The notes beneath the pieces are model-generated. The model had not been told where the DNA came from and made no database searches. It saw only the letters and a list, made by a program, of their open reading frames with translations. A stretch of DNA of 42,753 nt from a bacterium (GTDB lineage: Bacteria; UBP15; UBA6099; JAJRTR01): assembly GCA_024278215.1 (NCBI GenBank), contig JAJRTR010000091.1, positions 1 through 42,753 of the forward strand, in the 5' to 3' direction. The position numbers and the translations under genes were made by a program. This document shows, in pieces, positions 26,336 through 36,500 of this stretch (its first letter is position 1; each line of letters opens with the position of its first letter).

Positions 26336-28618
26336 ATGACAACTGAAACATTAGATAAACAGCAGACGGCAGAGCAGAAAACAGTCGTTCTTAACGGAAA
26401 TGAGATGGCGGCGACTGCCGCGTCACAAATCAATTACCACGTTATGGGTTACTTTCCCATCACACCGTCTACGGCTATCCCCGAAGAAATCGACCTGAAA
26501 AAAGCAGCGGGCGAACACCAAATACATATGATAGCGGCGGACGGCGAACACGGAGCGGCCGGCATCTGTTTCGGAGCGGCGGCTGCCGGAGGCAGAGTAA
26601 TCAACGCTACTGCGTCAAATGGGTTGCTCTACTCGATCGAGCAGCTTCCCGTGCAGAGCGGCACACGCCTGCCCATGGTTCTGAATATTGCCAACAGGGC
26701 CGTCAGCGGTCCGCTCAACATCAAGTGCGACCACAGCGACATAGTTTACGCGCTTTCCGCAGGCTGGATCATCCTCATGGGCAAAGACCCGCAGGAAGTC
26801 TACGACCTCAACCTTATGGCCGTAAGGATCGGCGAGGCCGAGGGTGTCAGGCTACCGGTTATCGTTTCTTTCGACGGCTTCGTCACCAGCCACCAGAAAC
26901 GCCGCAGCCTTATCTTCAACGACGTGAAAACCGTTCAGGATTTCGTCGGTGAATTCACACCAAAGATTACTGTTGTCGACCCTGCGAATCCCGTCACACT
27001 CGGACCATACATGAACGATGATCTGATAAACAACAGGAAACAACAGAGCATGGCCATGGACAGAGCCCGCGAAGTCATACCGAAGATATTCGATGAATAC
27101 GCGAAGATCAGCGGCAGACAGTTCTCGATGGTCCAGGCATACAGGATGGAAGACGCCGAAGCCGCACTTTTCATCCTCAACAGTTCGACAAGCACCGCGC
27201 GGGAAGCTGTCGATGCGATGAGAAAAGAAGGCAAGAAAGTCGGTGTCGTTTCTGCCTCCGTCATCAGGCCTTTTCCGATAAAGGAAATCCAGGAAGCATT
27301 CAAAAACTGCAAAGCAATATGTATAGCCGACAGGCAGGACACCTACGGCACAGGCGGCGGAGCGATGTCGATGGAAATAAAAGCCGCACTGAAAGAAGAC
27401 CCGGACAACAAATCACTTGTCCTGAGCAGAATATATGGACTCGGCGGACTCGAGTTCTATATCGAGGACGCGATGGAAATGCTGAACGACGCGCTCGACG
27501 CTTCCACATCCGGCAAAGTCAATGTGCCATTCGAGTACGTTGGCGCATACGAAGGCGATGAAAGCTATGTGCCGGAATTCGCCGAGCCGCCTCTCACTGT
27601 CGAGGACGTGACACCCAACATCATCACCACCGAACGCGACCCGGAAACCGGCGAGATAAAAGTCAAAGGTGCGATCACGCGCGAACTCACGCGCATGCCC
27701 AAAAGAATCGCACCCGGCCACGGCGCGTGCCCCGGCTGCGGCATCGTTCCCAGCATCAATGCTGTTATGCGCGGACTCGAAGGCCCCGTTGTCGTGCTCT
27801 TCCACACAGGCTGCGGCATGATAATCGGCAGCGGCTATCCATTCAGCGCACACCGCACCACATATATTCACAACCTGTTCCAGAACGGAGCCGCCACCAT
27901 GGCCGGCATAGTCGAGATGTACAAAGAACGACAGCGCCGCGGCGAAATCCCCAGGGATCAGGATATAACATTCCTCATGGTCACAGGCGACGGCGGCAAC
28001 GACATCGGTATGGGACCCACCATCGGCTCCGCTCTAAGAAACCACAACATGATCTTCATTGAATACGACAACGAAGGCTACATGAACACCGGACACCAGC
28101 TTTCATTCTCGACCCCGCTCGGCCACGCGACATCCACAAGCCACATCGGACCGGCCCAGAAAGGCAAGAGCACACAACATAAAGATACCGCCCAGATTAT
28201 GGCCGCCTGCCACATACCCTACGTCTTCACTGGCGCGGAATGCAATCATGTAGACCTGACGAAAAAAGCTGCGAAGGCCCAGCTCATCGCACGCGAAGAG
28301 GGATTCGTCTACGGCAAGCTTCTCTCCGCCTGTCCGCTCAACTGGCGCTCGAACGAAAGCAAAGGCCGCGAGATCATACAGGCAGCCGTCGACTCCTGCT
28401 TCTTCCCTCTCTACGAGATCGAACACGGCATAACTAAGATAACTTACGATCCCGAAGCAAAGGGTAAACGTGTCCCCGTCCTTGACTGGCTCAAGCAGAT
28501 GGGCAAAACCAAACACATGGGGAAACCGGACTACGAAGCGGAACTGAAGAGCTTCGAGAAAGAAGTCGAACGCCGCTGGCGGCGACTTAAAGCAATGGCG
28601 GAAAATCCGCTCCTGTGA
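26336..28618 (+). CDS. 2-oxoacid (pyruvate-type):ferredoxin oxidoreductase alpha-beta fusion subunit
   Basis: YFPITPST, EHGAA, NRA; ACPGCG, TGC, GDGG..DIG TPP motif, YDNEGYMNTG. Confidence 0.92.
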   Translation: MTTETLDKQQTAEQKTVVLNGNEMAATAASQINYHVMGYFPITPSTAIPEEIDLKKAAGEHQIHMIAADGEHGAAGICFGAAAAGGRVINATASNGLLYSIEQLPVQSGTRLPMVLNIANRAVSGPLNIKCDHSDIVYALSAGWIILMGKDPQEVYDLNLMAVRIGEAEGVRLPVIVSFDGFVTSHQKRRSLIFNDVKTVQDFVGEFTPKITVVDPANPVTLGPYMNDDLINNRKQQSMAMDRAREVIPKIFDEYAKISGRQFSMVQAYRMEDAEAALFILNSSTSTAREAVDAMRKEGKKVGVVSASVIRPFPIKEIQEAFKNCKAICIADRQDTYGTGGGAMSMEIKAALKEDPDNKSLVLSRIYGLGGLEFYIEDAMEMLNDALDASTSGKVNVPFEYVGAYEGDESYVPEFAEPPLTVEDVTPNIITTERDPETGEIKVKGAITRELTRMPKRIAPGHGACPGCGIVPSINAVMRGLEGPVVVLFHTGCGMIIGSGYPFSAHRTTYIHNLFQNGAATMAGIVEMYKERQRRGEIPRDQDITFLMVTGDGGNDIGMGPTIGSALRNHNMIFIEYDNEGYMNTGHQLSFSTPLGHATSTSHIGPAQKGKSTQHKDTAQIMAACHIPYVFTGAECNHVDLTKKAAKAQLIAREEGFVYGKLLSACPLNWRSNESKGREIIQAAVDSCFFPLYEIEHGITKITYDPEAKGKRVPVLDWLKQMGKTKHMGKPDYEAELKSFEKEVERRWRRLKAMAENPLL

Positions 28619-28656
28619 CGCAAGTCGAATCAGGATTATCTTCTCATATCGATTTA

Positions 28657-28702
28657 ACCAATGATACTCCCTGGGGTATACAGCACCGGGAGTATCATTG
28701 GT
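28657..28702. terminator. 15-bp perfect hairpin after the oxidoreductase operon
   Basis: ACCAATGATACTCCC ... GGGAGTATCATTGGT; no clear U-tract. Confidence 0.5.
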
Positions 28703-28750
28703 ACATCATATTTGACTCTTGCCGGCATCCCCTCGAAAGCTGAAACCTGT

Positions 28751-29455
28751 ATGTCTATAGACGATAGAACCATTAAATATCACATTCTCAACGATATAGA
28801 AGTTGAAATCGACGATTCGGCGCTGTTGAAAAGAGCGATGGTGAAACCGGGTACGCCGATTGCCGGTATGGCGCTTGAATTTGCGAAAAAGGCCACCCAC
28901 GCAGCGCATCCAAAAGCTATGTACGCGCCCATATACATAGACGAACGCAACGGAGACGAAGTCGTCATCGCGGGCATAAGGTTCAACAGCAGAGTGCTGA
29001 GTGTTAATGTCAGGGGCGGCGAAAGGGTTTTCCCATTTGCGGCGACATGCGGAAACGAACTAGATAACTGGTCGCGGGAGTTGAGCGACCCGCTTGAACA
29101 CTACTGGGCAGAGACTTTCAAGGGTGTTGTGCTGGAGACAGCCGTAGACGCGCTACGTGCGGATGTCGAGGAAAGGTATAAGACAGGAAAGATATCGCTC
29201 ATGAATCCGGGTTCTCTCGAGAACTGGCCTATCGAGCAGCAGAAGAAGCTTTTCGAGTTGCTTGGTGATACAGGTGCTCGTATAGGAGTTGAGCTCACTG
29301 AAAGTTATGTTATGGTGCCTGTGATGTCCCTGTCGGGGATAATGTTTCCGTCGGAGCAGAGCTTCTTCAGTTGCCACCTGTGCCCGCGGGAAGACTGCCC
29401 CGGTCGCCGCGCAAAATACGATCCCGCATTATATAAAAATAAATACGGTGCATGA
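28751..29455 (+). CDS. stand-alone B12-dependent methionine synthase activation domain-like protein
   Basis: FAATCG, NPGSLENWPIEQQ, IGVELTESYVMVP..SLSG, C-terminal CHLCPREDCPGRR. Confidence 0.8.
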   Translation: MSIDDRTIKYHILNDIEVEIDDSALLKRAMVKPGTPIAGMALEFAKKATHAAHPKAMYAPIYIDERNGDEVVIAGIRFNSRVLSVNVRGGERVFPFAATCGNELDNWSRELSDPLEHYWAETFKGVVLETAVDALRADVEERYKTGKISLMNPGSLENWPIEQQKKLFELLGDTGARIGVELTESYVMVPVMSLSGIMFPSEQSFFSCHLCPREDCPGRRAKYDPALYKNKYGA

Positions 29456-29669
29456 TGCCGTGCCTATCCCGGATTTCTTGGAGAGAAATCCGGAAAATCA
29501 CGATAACGCCTGTTCTACTGCGTTGCGTCGACGATTCGGGATCGGTCACATACCTCTGCATTTTGCGCAAGAGGCCGGCTGGCCGGCTGCTGCCTCACCA
29601 CTCACTTGCCGCGCCTTGTTATTACAGGCATTCTCCTGATTTTTGGCCCGCATTGGTGAAATATGCAGA

Positions 29670-30929
29670 TTAGAGGGTATCCAACTCCAGCACACAGCGT
29701 CGAACAAGGTCCAGAGCTATCTGCGCGCTGATAGCGCGGATGTCATTACGCGGTCGTTTGAATTTCCTTGCGATCACTCTCGGCTTTATCTTATCGCCAC
29801 CGAATGCGGCGGCAATATACACCTGCCCGACTTCACTCCTGTCGTCGTCCGAGGTAGGACCGGCATTGCCTGTAACTGACACAGCAATGTCGGTAGCGAA
29901 CCGTTCCACAGCGCCCCGTGCCATTGCGATTGCAGTCTCTGCGCTGACGACTCCGTGTTCTTCTATCACATCCGACGGCACACCGAGAAAAGTTGTCTTA
30001 ACTTCGGCTGTATAGCAGATTATACCTCCCTTGAAAACCTCGGAGGCGCCGGGTATTGCTGTTATTCTGCTGCCTGCGAGTCCGCCTGTGCAGGATTCCG
30101 CAACGCTCAGGGAAAGACCTTTTTTCTTCAATGTATTCACGACAACTTCTTCCAGTGTTGTGTCGCCTTCGCCATATATGTAGTCGCCCACGCCTTCGTA
30201 TATCTTCGCGCAGTGTGCAGCAAGTATCCTGTCACAATCCACATCCGTCTCGCCGTGCGCGGTGAGACGCATTTCGACCTCGAAGCCATGCGGGAGAAAT
30301 GAAAATGTCGGATTATTCGATATAGTTATTGTCCGTGGTATCATCGATTCGAGATTTGATTCGCCGACACCGAATTCGCGCAGGGAGCGGGATTTATATA
30401 CGATCTTATTTTCTCCTTTCAGTGTACGGGCCAATACCTCCGGCATCATCGACTTCATTTCGCGCGGTACACCCGGCAGAAAAAAAAGTTGCTTGCCGTC
30501 GCGCTCGATATACACACCGGGCGCTGTGCCCACAGGATTGTCTATCACCGACGCACCCACAGGCACTCTCGCCTGGTTCATACCGTTCGGGGTTGCGGGC
30601 ACGCCTATCATCCTGTAGAAGCGCTCCACTTTTTCTTTGATCTTCGGGTCGAACTCCAGCGCCATCCCGAAATATCCGGCAACTGTTTCCACAGTAATAT
30701 CGTCCACAGTAGGGCCGAGACCGCCGGTGCATATTATCAGGTCGGCGCGTCCCATAGCTGTATCGAGTACCGAACATATCGCCTCTTTGCTGTCGCCCGC
30801 CGTCGTGCGGTATTTCACCTCGACTCCGTTTTCGAGCAGAGTCCTTGAAATATAAGTCGCGTTTGTGTCCTGCACAGCCCCTTGCAGCAGTTCAGTACCG
30901 ATTGTGATTACTTCCGCAATTTTTGCCAT
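29670..30929 (-). CDS. cinA: competence/damage-inducible protein CinA (MoCF domain plus NMN deamidase)
   Basis: IGTELLQG..DTN, GGLGPTVDDIT, PGVPREM, VAESCTGG, TGNAGP. Confidence 0.93.
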   Translation of the reverse strand: MAKIAEVITIGTELLQGAVQDTNATYISRTLLENGVEVKYRTTAGDSKEAICSVLDTAMGRADLIICTGGLGPTVDDITVETVAGYFGMALEFDPKIKEKVERFYRMIGVPATPNGMNQARVPVGASVIDNPVGTAPGVYIERDGKQLFFLPGVPREMKSMMPEVLARTLKGENKIVYKSRSLREFGVGESNLESMIPRTITISNNPTFSFLPHGFEVEMRLTAHGETDVDCDRILAAHCAKIYEGVGDYIYGEGDTTLEEVVVNTLKKKGLSLSVAESCTGGLAGSRITAIPGASEVFKGGIICYTAEVKTTFLGVPSDVIEEHGVVSAETAIAMARGAVERFATDIAVSVTGNAGPTSDDDRSEVGQVYIAAAFGGDKIKPRVIARKFKRPRNDIRAISAQIALDLVRRCVLELDTL

Positions 30930-30969
30930 TTTATCTGATTAACCTTTAACCGGCGGTGTGTCGCACCTA

Positions 30970-32595
30970 TCACTGCTCGACACAGCAGAAGCCGGCCAGT
31001 TCGCCGATCCCCGCAGCATCGAGTTCTTCCATGCGAAGCACCATATCGAGCACTTTCTCAGCTGCTTCTTCGTCGAGTATCCGTGCTGCTTCCCTGCGGA
31101 ATTTATCGATCACAAGCTCTCGTGTTTCGCGGCCCGGCCTTCCCGCCGCACCCAGCGGTATAGCCTGTTCGCTTTCATAAACTTTCCTGTCGGACTTGAG
31201 TTCGATCACAGTGCGCGCGCCGATAGACATCTCGAAGTCTTCGGCGGAACCGGCGAGTGAATTTCTACCGCTGTCACCGGTGCCAGCGAAACGCTCGAGC
31301 GCGCGGCGTCCATGATCGAACAGGCGGGTAATCTCATGCCCCCTCGTGAGCCACAGCAAGGGCGATGCCGGGCCGACCTTGCCAAGTATCGAGCGCAGTG
31401 AACCTATACCCATCTCGCCGATGAGATATTTCAGATTGAACAGTGAAGTGACGGAATCAAAGAAACGGCCTGTCATGCCCATATCGTGATGTACACTCAC
31501 GCGCTTGACAATATCCCATATTTTCCTGTCGCCGATACGTTCCGGCTCGAACTGCGCTGGACCAAGTTTTCCGTCGATAATACCGGCAGCCACATTGTAT
31601 GGTGTAAAAAAGTTCAGCACTATCGGCTCTGTGTGTATATGGCGCAAGTAGCGCATTGACAATTCATCCATCTTCGCAGTAAGCACACTTGCGTGTATAT
31701 CGATTTTATATATATCTTCCGGAGCGAATTCCTTTTCGTCGAGTATGTCGAAAACAGTATCCATGACCGGTGACATGTAAGCGCAGCCGGGATAAATCTT
31801 ATAACTGAGTGTATCTGTGAGCCACAGTTCGCCCAGTTGTGAGAAAACCTGATAGAGAGGAACAAACGAACACTTCTCGCAGAATCCGGCATCCGCTTCG
31901 AATATGTCGTCAGGGGCGGAAAGACCTTCCGCCGCAAGCTGCGCGGCCATAATGCCAGTGTTCATCGGCGCAGCCGCCGTAATAACTTTCGAATAGCCGC
32001 CGAAGAAACCCGGTTCGAGCGGCTGCGGTGGCTGCGAAAGAGCAATGCCGAGCGCGCGTGCGATGGACCTGCCGTCCAGCCCGAGCAACCTGCCCGCAAC
32101 ACACGCCGCTCCAGCCGCATGAATAAACGACCACATCTGCCCGTTCAGCGGGCCGAGCATCACCGAGCTTCCCACACGCGCCTCGACTTCGTTTGCTATA
32201 ACCTGCATCGTAAGGAATTCTTTGCCGGTAGTTCCCTGTTTCCGAGACAGCATCATCGGTGCGAGAACAGCCGAATGTCCCGTGTGCCCCGACATAAGGT
32301 AGTCGTCGTAATCGAGCATAATGCTGAGAGCCGACGCGCACGAAAGTGAATCTTTCACATTTGCCGCCGCGCCGGACGGAATCATCCGGCAGTCTCCGCC
32401 GTCCGCCCATCTCTCGAACGCACTTGCGATCTTCCTGCCGGCAGTTGTCGAGTAAGAAGCGAATACCGATGCCAGTACACTCAGTGTCTGAAGCTTCGCC
32501 TTCTCGATTATGCGGTCAGGAATTCTGTCGTACTCAAGGCTCGATACCCATTCCGATAATTCGATTGTATATTTCCTGTTCCTGCTGCCGGCCAT
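30970..32595 (-). CDS. MmgE/PrpD family protein
   Basis: LDYDD...GH, SYKIYPGCAY, C-terminal P.G...KF; start after GGAGG. Confidence 0.82.
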   Translation of the reverse strand: MAGSRNRKYTIELSEWVSSLEYDRIPDRIIEKAKLQTLSVLASVFASYSTTAGRKIASAFERWADGGDCRMIPSGAAANVKDSLSCASALSIMLDYDDYLMSGHTGHSAVLAPMMLSRKQGTTGKEFLTMQVIANEVEARVGSSVMLGPLNGQMWSFIHAAGAACVAGRLLGLDGRSIARALGIALSQPPQPLEPGFFGGYSKVITAAAPMNTGIMAAQLAAEGLSAPDDIFEADAGFCEKCSFVPLYQVFSQLGELWLTDTLSYKIYPGCAYMSPVMDTVFDILDEKEFAPEDIYKIDIHASVLTAKMDELSMRYLRHIHTEPIVLNFFTPYNVAAGIIDGKLGPAQFEPERIGDRKIWDIVKRVSVHHDMGMTGRFFDSVTSLFNLKYLIGEMGIGSLRSILGKVGPASPLLWLTRGHEITRLFDHGRRALERFAGTGDSGRNSLAGSAEDFEMSIGARTVIELKSDRKVYESEQAIPLGAAGRPGRETRELVIDKFRREAARILDEEAAEKVLDMVLRMEELDAAGIGELAGFCCVEQ

Positions 32596-32684
32596 GCCGA
32601 TCCTCCGAATCTCTTTTATCCTGGACAAACAATTTATAGTCTAACATATCATCCTTTAGCGATAAAGCAGAAACTGTAGAGCCC

Positions 32685-33077
32685 CAGCGGTGTGGAATGA
32701 CTGGGGGGGTGAGTGGCTGCGGATGGCGATGATGGAATTTCAACTCGGGCATCTATTTTTGAGGGGACGCGGGGGCGGAGCATCCTGGAAGCTCACGGTT
32801 GTGGTATAATTATGGGGGCGGCGGCGTAGAGGGCATCGCCCAGGAACAAGATGGGCAGTTGAAGGAAGTCTTTTTTAGTTGGGGAGCGAGACGGTAGAAG
32901 GCGCGCAGTTCGCAGTCCTGTTTTTTGACGTTCGGCGATTCGTTTTCGATGAACTCGGTTGCTATCGAGAGTGCGAAGCCGTCGGGGGTTATGAGTTTTG
33001 CCTCAAGGGTGTTGTGATAGTAAATAGTTTCGCCGTTCACGTTCATGGTTAGACAGTGGTGCAGTGTTTTTCATTCC
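32685..33077 (-). pseudogene. internally deleted, frameshifted DDE transposase remnant with IS end
   Basis: YYHNTLEAKL..EFIENE..KQDCELRAFYRLA, then after a frameshift in an A-run DFLQLPILFLGDALYA; IS end CAGCGGTGTGGAATGACT at 32685. Confidence 0.8.
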
Positions 33078-33347
33078 TGCCACCAACAGCGAACTAAAAC
33101 GCCGCCACGGAATGGGCCGCCTGAGAATCCGGGGCAGGCCACAGGTAGAACTGGCCGTATACCTCAAAGCAAGCGCCTGCAACGTGAAGCGCTACCTTCA
33201 GTATGCGCTGAAAAAAGCCACGGAAGGCTTAAGCCCGGCACAAGCGACCATCTGAGAGCCGAAAATGCAATTATTTGGAAAAAAACACGAAAAAACACAG
33301 TTTTGGAAAACACAAGTATAATCAGAGTAGTTTTTTTGTCACAGACA
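33078..33347 (+). pseudogene. C-terminal fragment of an IS1182/IS5-like transposase plus probable right end
   Basis: ATNSELKRRHGMGRLRIRG..VELAVYLKASACNVKR matches the E-x6-K...RG...N tail of DDE transposases. Confidence 0.7.
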
Positions 33348-33363
33348 TACAGCCGGCATTTAC

Positions 33364-33473
33364 TATTGATTCCGGCGCAAAAAGTCCCAACACGCGAAAA
33401 GCGGGTAGTCCCCGTTTTTCGCTGACTGTTTTCCATTTAGACTCAACACGGACTTTTTGCGCCGGAATCAATA
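33364..33473. mobile_element. MITE-like element C with perfect 24-bp terminal inverted repeats
   Basis: TATTGATTCCGGCGCAAAAAGTCC (33364-33387) / GGACTTTTTGCGCCGGAATCAATA (33450-33473). Confidence 0.75.
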
Positions 33474-33527
33474 TTCAGCAAAACACGGCATGCTTGAAAT
33501 GCTCTTATTACATACGAATCAATATTG

Positions 33528-36500
33528 CTATTGAGTTACAGGCGCGGACTTGTCGGTTTTAAACAGAATTTCTATGTAAGCGCGCGACTGTTCAAATGTT
33601 TCCGCATGTATCCAGAAATCGTGGCCTTCTCCAAAGAAGTCGCGCCAGTATGTGCCTGTATCCCAGTCTGCGAGCATCGAACCGTTGTTGTTCACAGCCA
33701 ATGCGGTCTCGTAGTCAACGGTGTTTTCGGTTTGCTGGTAAGTGGAAGCGCCGTACTGAGAGTCCATCACACTGTAGCTTCTTATTACATTGTCGGCGTC
33801 CCAGGTAGCTTCTATGACGCCGGATTCACCGACCTCGCCGTCATAACTGTCGAACTTATTGACAACTACGCCACGCCACTGACCGGCAAGGCTTGCGGCA
33901 TCGAAGCTCGAAGGCTGTCGCGTCAGTATGTAGATGCCCTGTTCGGTTCCGCTGCTGGTTGCTGCGATGATAATGTTGCCGTTGCCGGATACGCCGCCGG
34001 AGTATGTCGCATCGTCAGTGTATATGTGTATGGAACCGTCTGTATTGCTGAAAGTATAGGTAGCAGACGCGGACCGGCTCTGCTCGGTTGTTGTTCCTGA
34101 GTTGTTGTAGTAGACAGTGCCGGTGATAACGCCGGAATTTGTGACTATAGTTCCCGCCTCGATGCCGATACCCGATGTGCCGTTGTAATATATCTTCGTC
34201 ATGTACCAGATGCCTGAATCATCCATGGCAGCGTATTCTGCGGAAGTACCCTTCGCGGCCATGAACGCTGCTTCCCAGATACCGGTCTCCTGATTAGCGA
34301 CAGCGAGGAACGAGCAATCGTTATTGGGTATGATCGTGTATGTCCCGGCGGTGTAAACTCCGTTGCTGCCGAGTGTCACGGTCGTCTGTTCGTTGGACGT
34401 AGCCGTGTCGGATGAGCCTTTGGATGAGCCTGTCAGGTAGTTGGCCGTCATCGTGAGTCCCGAGAAGGATGATGAGCCTGTGGACGAATACATGGATTCC
34501 TGATTGTCGCCGCCTGTGCCAATGAACCAGTAGTCGCCGGTGGGCGGACAGGATGAGGAGAAAGCCGGTTGTGCAACAGTGATTGTCACCGTGTCCGGCT
34601 CGTAGGTTGCGAAACTGTCATCGCGAACACTGAGGGCGAACACATAGGTTCCGGCCTCGGTCGGTGTGAAAGATGGCTGCGCCGCACTGTTGTCGGAGAG
34701 TGTGACGGTGGGGCCGCCTGTCTGCGCCCAGTGATAATGTAAAGTATCACCGTCCGGGTCGCTGGAAGCGGTGCCGTCGAGCGTCACGGTCTCATTTGTG
34801 TTCACCGACTGATCCGCGCCCGCGTCCGCTGTGGGCGGTTGTCCGATAGGACTGGATTGATCGGTTTTGAAATAGAACGATATGTCGGATGTATCGGTGG
34901 CTCCTGTGTTTACTCTGAACATGAGGCCGCCGCCCACAAAAAGTCGCGCGCCGTCCTGTGACATCCGTCCAGAGCCGTCGCCGGCGGAGAATGAAGACTC
35001 AAGTTCCGAAGGCGACATGTCGTAAGACGTGTAATCTAATCCATCGGATGAATTGTTGGAGCTGATGGTGACATAAGAAGTGGACGAATTTATCAGCCAT
35101 GCTTCCGTGCCGCCCATGCCGGAGCTGCTTGTGCGACCGAGCATTATCCCACGCCACTGTCCCTGCACATCATTCGCGTATGAGAATGACGTCGGCTGCT
35201 TCGTCATCATTATTATTCCCTGCTCACTCGACGAGAGGGAAGCGAAAATGATAGTGTTACCGTCCCTGCTAAGAGCCCCCCTGTATGAAATACTGTCGCT
35301 TGTTGTCATCGTGATTATACCTGTGTCCGTGGCAACGGAATAAGAGATACCCAGGTCGCCGGTGTATATCTCTTCTGCGGCGGTATCGTAGTCTCGCGAG
35401 TATAATGTGCCGGAGCCGGAGCCGGAATCCATTGTGACAGGCCCGCCATTTACACCCCGGTAATTATCCGCCGCTTCATAGTAAATGCCATTGAGAAACC
35501 ACTCGCCGGTTGTAACAGCGTTCGCGTAGCTTGCGGCGGAGCCTTTTCTGACCATGATGCCGCCCTGCCATTCGCCGGCGGCGAACGTTGTCACCCCCAG
35601 TATCGAGCAGTCGTTGTTGACAATAACTTTGTTTGTGTCCGTTCCATCGGTGATCTCGTAAGTTCCATCGCTGTTCTGTGTCAGAGTACCGGAGTATGAG
35701 GTATCGTCATAAGTACCGACCGACACGTTGCCTTCGGTCGTCCCAGTGATGTTGGAGCCGCTGACCTGAAATTCGCCGAACTCCGAGTATGTGTTGTCTG
35801 CGTCCCCACCCATACCGGCATAATAATACGTGCCCGAAGGCGGGCAGTTGGATGCGTAAGCGCTTATCGTTAGCGCGTCGGACAATGTGGCAGACTGTCC
35901 GTCTGCGTCAGTCACCGTTACAGAATACGTGCCCTCCGTGAGCGTGGCCGGCACCTGCGCCATGATGAGTGTCGCCGAGTCGATTGTGGCGGTAACGGTT
36001 GCCGCCCCGATTGTGACGACTGTGCCGGTTGCGAAGCCCGTGCCGGTTATCTCCAGCGAGCCGCCCTCGCCTTCCTCGATGGATGCCGGGACGATCTGCG
36101 ATATGGTGATTGCTTCGGAGGTTGCGTTCTGTTCCGTATCGGTCGCCTCGACAACTATAATAAGAATAGTATCTTCGACTGTATGCCCGTCTTGGGTGAC
36201 CTCGAGTTTCACATTATACTCGCCAGGTGTCGTGAACTGTGCATAAGCATACGGTTCCAACAACGATGTCGTGCCCGCGCCAGCGGCGCGGGACAGGTCT
36301 TCAACCACGCTGCCACCGTCGAGGTCCCACTGGTATGTGACATCGCCGGTTGCACCGTCCGCACTGAGGTGATCGGCGTATAGATACACCGACAGAGGTG
36401 CCTCGCCATAAGTCGTGTCTGCGGATATACCGGCTTTGAGAGTGCTGTTCGTGGCAGTTTCCTGTGTCGCTGCGGCTGAATAGTCGCCCGCATTGATTGT

